Shown here: one piece after another, positions 58,857-64,000 of the stretch
How the letters are laid out: each line of letters opens with the position of its first letter
Position numbering within the stretch: the first letter of the stretch is position 1
DNA from: Bacteriovoracaceae bacterium
GTDB lineage: Bacteria; Bdellovibrionota; Bacteriovoracia; Bacteriovoracales; Bacteriovoracaceae
NCBI GenBank assembly: GCA_048270185.1
Contig: JBLWTJ010000001.1
Location: forward strand, 960,001 to 1,024,000
DNA: 64,000 nt
Direction: 5' to 3'
The notes under the pieces: generated by a model
Database searches by the model: none
What the model was told of the DNA's origin: nothing
Seen by the model: the letters and a program-made list of their open reading frames with translations, nothing else
Made by a program: the position numbers and the translations under genes

Positions 58857-60553
58857 TATATCTCCTTGAGGTATTCTTTAATTTCTTTGGCACTTCCAAG
58901 TGATAAAACACACGAAGTAATTTCATCACACTTACTCTTATTTAATTCATTGATAATTTTCTTTGTCTTTAAAACATGCATTGGACTCATACTTAATTTA
59001 TCCACACCACTCCCAATAAAGAAACTTAGAAGTTCTGGGATATGGGCCATTGATCCACAAATTGAAACACCTATCCCATTTTCCTTGGCATTTTTTGCAA
59101 CCAGATTTATTAATCTAAGAACACCTGGGTTAAAAGGATCGTATAGTTTTTCAACTTTAGGATTAATACGATCAACAGCGCATGAGTACTGAATTAGGTC
59201 ATTAGTTCCAAGAGAGAAGAAATCAACATGCTTTGCTAGAACATCTGAAATGATTGCAGCAGAAGGAACTTCGATCATCATACCAATTTTGATATTTGAC
59301 GATACTTCAACTCCTTCACTTACTAATTCATTCTTACACTCTTCAACAAAACTTTTTGCTTCCACTAGCTCTTCTAATGAAGAAATCATTGGAAACATAA
59401 TCCCCATCTTTCCATAAGTACTTGCTCTTAAAAGGGCACGAATTTGAGTCCTAAACAACTCGCGATCTTGTAGACAAATACGAATGGCACGATAGCCTAA
59501 GAATGGATTATCTTCCGCATCGATCTTTAAGTACGGAAGACTCTTATCTCCACCGATATCTAAAGTTCTGATGATACATTCTTTGTCACCTAAGCGGCTG
59601 AGGATTCTCTTATACTCTTTAAACTGTTCATCTTCTGTTGGCATCGTATCTCGATCCATATACAGAAATTCAGTCCGATAAAGTCCTACAGAATCGGCAT
59701 CATTGCGCTCAAAAGAGTCAAGATCGTGATATGTTCCAATATTTCCAGCAAGACTAATCTCGTGACCGTCTGTTGTTTTTGCAGGCAGCCCCTTAAGTTT
59801 TTCTAACTCGGCGAGTGCGTTTCTTTGCTCACCTAATTGAGTCTCAAATCGCACAATATCGTCTTGAGTAGGGTTAACGATAACTTCACCTGTCTCACCA
59901 TCAAATGCAATCATATCACCGTCAATACAATTTTCAGTAATATTCTTAAGTCCGACAACGGCCGGGATCTCAAGAGTTCTTGCCATGATGGCCGAGTGAG
60001 AAGTCTTCCCACCAATATTTGTTAAAAATCCTAGAACATAGTTCTTATTCATCATTGCTGTTTCTGATGGAGTTAAATCATTAGCAACAAGAATCACCTC
60101 TTCATCTAAGAGAGAGAGATCAATAGTTTTCTTACCTACTAAATGATTTTCAACACGTCTGAAAACATCTTTTAAGTCAGCGGCGCGCTCACGCATATAC
60201 TCATCACCCATTGATTCAAAAAGAGTCACAAACTCAGTTACAACTTGGCTTAGGCACCACGCTGCATTTAATTGATCGCGCTCGATTTGATTCGTCGTCT
60301 TCTTATAGACTTCTGGGTCGTCTAGGATCATCAGGTGAGCATCGAAGATAGCGGCCTTACCTTCCCCTAGATTTTCAAGACTAGCATCACGAATTTTTGA
60401 GATCTCCTGGCGAGATATTGCCATAGCAGCATCAAGCTTTTTAATCTCAGCGGTAACGTCAGTAATACTTGCACGTGAGATTTCTATTTTAGAATCATCT
60501 ATCTTTAGCACACGGCCAATAGCGATTCCAGGAGAGGCTTTAATTCCTTTCAT
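58856..60553 (-). CDS. ptsI: PTS enzyme I
   Basis: GGKTSHSAIMAR, GLYRTEF, RTLDIGGDK, GTNDL.QY. Confidence 0.97.
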   Translation of the reverse strand: MKGIKASPGIAIGRVLKIDDSKIEISRASITDVTAEIKKLDAAMAISRQEISKIRDASLENLGEGKAAIFDAHLMILDDPEVYKKTTNQIERDQLNAAWCLSQVVTEFVTLFESMGDEYMRERAADLKDVFRRVENHLVGKKTIDLSLLDEEVILVANDLTPSETAMMNKNYVLGFLTNIGGKTSHSAIMARTLEIPAVVGLKNITENCIDGDMIAFDGETGEVIVNPTQDDIVRFETQLGEQRNALAELEKLKGLPAKTTDGHEISLAGNIGTYHDLDSFERNDADSVGLYRTEFLYMDRDTMPTEDEQFKEYKRILSRLGDKECIIRTLDIGGDKSLPYLKIDAEDNPFLGYRAIRICLQDRELFRTQIRALLRASTYGKMGIMFPMISSLEELVEAKSFVEECKNELVSEGVEVSSNIKIGMMIEVPSAAIISDVLAKHVDFFSLGTNDLIQYSCAVDRINPKVEKLYDPFNPGVLRLINLVAKNAKENGIGVSICGSMAHIPELLSFFIGSGVDKLSMSPMHVLKTKKIINELNKSKCDEITSCVLSLGSAKEIKEYLKEI

Positions 60554-60561
60554 ACAAGGAC

Positions 60562-60822
60562 CTAAAGTTCGAATTTATTATTTACTAATGTACTAAGACG
60601 ATCAATTGCATTTTGCTCATCAGAACCATTAGCTGTAATCGTTATCACAGAATCTTTAGTTAGACCTAGCCCCATAAGACTCATGATTGATTTAGCATTA
60701 ACTTCATTACCATTTGCAATGATATTAATATCTGATTCAAATTCATTTGCTGTTTTCACAAAGCTTGCAGCAGGTCTTGCGTGTAGGCCTTCTTCATTTT
60801 TGATCGTAACTTCAATTTGCAT
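60562..60822 (-). CDS. ptsH: phosphocarrier HPr
   Basis: GLHARPA, NAKSIM. Confidence 0.96.
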   Translation of the reverse strand: MQIEVTIKNEEGLHARPAASFVKTANEFESDINIIANGNEVNAKSIMSLMGLGLTKDSVITITANGSDEQNAIDRLSTLVNNKFEL

Positions 60823-60831
60823 ATAAACTCC

Positions 60832-62763
60832 CTATTGTTTAAAATTTAAATTTAAAATTTCATCAGTATTTGAAACAGCTCCTGACTTTAAGAAAGTCAG
60901 ATCACTAATTTTATCCATATTTGTTATCACAACAGGTGTGATTGTACTCTTTGCTCTTTCTTTCACAAGATCGAGATCGAACTCGATAAGAATGTCGCCT
61001 TTTTTGACGCTATCACCGGCCGCAACCTTGCCTGTGAAACCTTCTCCTTTCATCTTCACAGTATCAATTCCTACGTGAACAAGAACTTCAGCACCGCTTT
61101 CAGCAATAATCCCTACTGCGTGATTTGTGTGGAAAATTTGAGCAACCTTTCCATCAACAGGTGAATAGACAACACCTTCTGTTGGATCAATAGCAAAGCC
61201 ATCACCAACTAACTTTCCTGAAAAAGTCGGATCAGGAACATCGGCAATTGAAATAAATTGTCCTTTAAGTGGCGAGTAAATTCCATTTGTATGAACTTTC
61301 TCAATTACAGGAGCGGCCTTAGCAAGAGAGAGGATTTCTTCTTTTAATTGTTCTGACTCCGTTCCATAAATAATTTGCACATTATTTCCTGATTTCATAA
61401 TTCCGCGAGAACCTGTCTTCTTTAAAGCTTCTTCACTGACCATATCAGGATTTACAGCAACTAATCTTAGACGAGTAATACAAGCGTCTAGGTTTTTAAT
61501 ATTACTTGCTCCACCAATCGCGGCAAGGATTTCAATGGCCTTATCTGTTGCTGAGATATTCGCATCAACTTCCACAAGGTCTTCATCTTCACGTCCAGGT
61601 GTTTTAAAATCGAAAATTGGAATTAGTGTATAGAAAACACCGAAGTATAGAACCGCAATAATTGGTCCAACGACAAGCCATAAGTAGAAACTATTTTGCT
61701 GATTGAAGTAACCAACAACAAAATCAATTAAAGATGCCGAGAATGTATATCCTAAGTGAATATCAAAATGATTTGTCAGAAGCCCCGAAATAAATGCACC
61801 ACAAACGTGGAATCCATAAAGAAGTGGAGCAACAAAGATAAAGGCAAACTCAAGAGGCTCTGTAATCCCAGTTAAGATTGAAGTCAGGGCCGCTGTAAAC
61901 ATGATCCCACCAATCGCAGTTCGCTTTGCCTTTGGCGCTCTAAGAGTCATAGCAAGGGCCGCGGCCGGAAGTCCGAAGAGCATAATTGGGAACTCACTGG
62001 CCATAATTTTACCAGCAGTTGGATCTCCCGCGAAGTAACGAACAGACTCTCCGTGAATTGTCTTACCTGCTTCTGTAACGAATGAACCAAATTCATAAAG
62101 AAACGGTGGATAGTAAACGTGGTGTAGACCAACCGGAATAAGAAGTCTCTTTCCTGCAGCATAGAAAGCTGGGCCATACTCTGAGGCCATCACTCTCACA
62201 CCAAAATCATGAATAACTTGTTGGATTGGTGGCCATATATAACCAAGAACAATTCCAGCAATAACTGCAGTTGCTGCTGTTAATATTGGCACTAGCCTCT
62301 TTCCGGCAAAGAATCCTAAGAATCTTGGAAGTGTTGTTTGATAGAATTTATTATAGAGATAGGCCGACAGAAGACCAATGATAATCCCGCCAAATACCCC
62401 TGTGTTGATAGCAAGTTCAAGATTTTGAACTTCACCAATCACTTTTAAAACATTGATAAGAGTGAAATATCCAACGGCCGATGCAAGACCTGCAACACCT
62501 GCTCCACCAGTGAAGCCAATGGCAACACCAATTGCAAAAACAAGTGGAAGTTGTTCGAAGATAGCTAGTCCACCACTATAAAATAATTTTCCAATACTCA
62601 TTAGAGCAACACTTGTCACAACACCTTCTGTTGTGGCCGAATCTTGAAGAACACGTCCTAAGGCAACAAGTAGACCTGCCGCTGGCAATACTGAAACTGG
62701 AACCATTAGTGATTTTGCAAGTCTTTGCAAAACAGTGAAGACTGAGTTTGTTATTTCTTTCAA
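60832..62763 (-). CDS. ptsG: glucose-family PTS EIICBA
   Basis: PVSVLPAAGLL, GITEPLEF, KTPGRE, DACITRLR (EIIB), HVGIDTV (EIIA); TTG start. Confidence 0.9.
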   Translation of the reverse strand: MKEITNSVFTVLQRLAKSLMVPVSVLPAAGLLVALGRVLQDSATTEGVVTSVALMSIGKLFYSGGLAIFEQLPLVFAIGVAIGFTGGAGVAGLASAVGYFTLINVLKVIGEVQNLELAINTGVFGGIIIGLLSAYLYNKFYQTTLPRFLGFFAGKRLVPILTAATAVIAGIVLGYIWPPIQQVIHDFGVRVMASEYGPAFYAAGKRLLIPVGLHHVYYPPFLYEFGSFVTEAGKTIHGESVRYFAGDPTAGKIMASEFPIMLFGLPAAALAMTLRAPKAKRTAIGGIMFTAALTSILTGITEPLEFAFIFVAPLLYGFHVCGAFISGLLTNHFDIHLGYTFSASLIDFVVGYFNQQNSFYLWLVVGPIIAVLYFGVFYTLIPIFDFKTPGREDEDLVEVDANISATDKAIEILAAIGGASNIKNLDACITRLRLVAVNPDMVSEEALKKTGSRGIMKSGNNVQIIYGTESEQLKEEILSLAKAAPVIEKVHTNGIYSPLKGQFISIADVPDPTFSGKLVGDGFAIDPTEGVVYSPVDGKVAQIFHTNHAVGIIAESGAEVLVHVGIDTVKMKGEGFTGKVAAGDSVKKGDILIEFDLDLVKERAKSTITPVVITNMDKISDLTFLKSGAVSNTDEILNLNFKQ

Positions 62764-62909
62764 TTGTCCCTCTCAACGTTAAGAAAATATATTTAATTGT
62801 GTTTGAGGGATTAAACAACACTTAGTGTTATCAGGCTAGACACGCAGCAATGCAATCAGCATGATTATTCATTAAATTTCAGACAGTTACAAACCAACAG
62901 ACAAAAAAG

Positions 62910-63992
62910 TCAGATATTTAACTTCTCGTAGAGGCCATAGAGGAAAGGAACCACTTCAATACCGATTAAAATGATAATAATGATCTCCATCCAATGACTA
63001 CGACGATTGTTAAGTTCGGCCATATACATTTGAGAAATATCGAGTAAGTTTTTAAGTTTTTGGTCAACTAAAGACTGCCACTCAGAAACCTGAAGTCTTT
63101 TGAGGCAAATTCTGAAAAGTCTGGCGTAGTAAATATCACCAATCACTTTAACTGAGTTTTCAATTCGATCAACTAACTCACTGGTTTCAAAGTAAAGCTG
63201 ACTGGCATCCTTTGCTAAAATTGAGATCTTACTAAATACAGAGGGGCTTTTTTCAACAACCTTTCGATAAAGCCCAGAGAGTTTCTTATCAAGAAGATCA
63301 TCAAAGAAGCGAAGTTCTAAGAGCTGAATATTGGCAAACTCAATTACATCACAAATATCTTGAGCATCTTCACTACTATAGACAAAGGCATTATCCCAAT
63401 CAATAACGACCACATCATTGTCACTATAAGATATACAACACTCTTTAACCGGAGCTAGCATGGCCTCACTCAATTGGCTTTCTTTTTCCATGGCCAATAA
63501 GTGAAATACAAAATCATCTTTAAGCCAAAAATCTTTTTCTTTAATATCGCTAGAAGCAAGAAAAATACTATATTCCTCTGATTGTTCCCAAACTTTAGGA
63601 TTAATGAGTGTTTTACCAAGGTTTTCAATAAAGAAACTGATTCGATTACGACAGAATTGTTCGACGGCTTCACCTTGAGACCAGCCTTCAACCCAAGAGA
63701 TAATCTCTTTCTGATCATTGAAACTTGGAGCATCAATATCAAGGCAAAAAGACAATGCCCCATAACTCCAAATCTTTACAGTGACATTAATTGGTGTATT
63801 TTCAAGAGTGTGGCTTCCAAGATAGATCACAAGTGGAGGATCATTAAAGAGCATATTCTTGGAAGGTTTATTAAGGCTAAACTTCTTTAATAGAGCGTGA
63901 TCCTTGAGTTTCTCATAGGCTTCATCGAGTAAAACCTCGTGAGCAACATCATATATGCGATAGACTTTTAAAACACCTAACTTGCCACTCAT
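62910..63992 (-). CDS. hypothetical membrane protein (RMD1/DUF155-like, C-terminal TM)
   Basis: E.AN.QLLELR.FD..LD, GD.YYAR, E.IIIILI..E. Confidence 0.6.
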   Translation of the reverse strand: MSGKLGVLKVYRIYDVAHEVLLDEAYEKLKDHALLKKFSLNKPSKNMLFNDPPLVIYLGSHTLENTPINVTVKIWSYGALSFCLDIDAPSFNDQKEIISWVEGWSQGEAVEQFCRNRISFFIENLGKTLINPKVWEQSEEYSIFLASSDIKEKDFWLKDDFVFHLLAMEKESQLSEAMLAPVKECCISYSDNDVVVIDWDNAFVYSSEDAQDICDVIEFANIQLLELRFFDDLLDKKLSGLYRKVVEKSPSVFSKISILAKDASQLYFETSELVDRIENSVKVIGDIYYARLFRICLKRLQVSEWQSLVDQKLKNLLDISQMYMAELNNRRSHWMEIIIIILIGIEVVPFLYGLYEKLNI

Positions 63993-64000
63993 ACTTCACC

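Noticed and set aside
62764..62909. RAT antiterminator or operator upstream of ptsG (AACAC-tta-GTGTT at 62817-62829)
   Set aside because: No recognisable RAT or terminator; the palindrome is too short to support a call
944..63890. Many short (60-145 aa) ORFs overlapping or antisense to long genes in the ORF track
   Set aside because: They lie within confidently identified genes, lack RBS or motifs, and are expected shadow ORFs
1..64000. CRISPR arrays, IS elements, prophage, defence systems, rRNA/tRNA
   Set aside because: No regularly spaced repeats, transposase/integrase/phage or defence-type ORFs, or structural RNA signatures found by inspection

Overview
AT-rich bacterial chromosomal window densely packed with about 60 genes. 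Gene content (many Cys-rich secreted orphans, a SWIB protein, sigma28-type promoters on non-flagellar genes) suggests a Bdellovibrionota predator such as Halobacteriovorax/Bacteriovorax; this assignment is inference. No rRNA, tRNA, CRISPR array, IS or prophage was seen. Housekeeping genes: pyrG (partial), kdsB, purB, cdd, hemN, a DEAD-box helicase. Most notable: (i) a type III PKS-MMPL-FAD oxidoreductase-YceI x2 lipid cluster with a divergent membrane-anchored LuxR regulator and two candidate operators; (ii) a 1012-aa exported protein with apparently tandem amidoligase domains; (iii) a compact lipoxygenase-like protein with an Mn-LOX-type HxxxH motif, plus a distant catalase-related lipoprotein; (iv) a short cobalamin riboswitch upstream of an acyl-CoA thioesterase; (v) a URC-type uracil catabolism operon with an acylating semialdehyde dehydrogenase and upstream BtpA/PfkB genes; (vi) a complete glucose PTS coupled to a fungal-type secreted glucoamylase; (vii) recurrent leaderless-type promoters (-10 box, 6 nt, ATG) and apparent GGCC enrichment. 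All product calls come from motif recognition; no database search was run.
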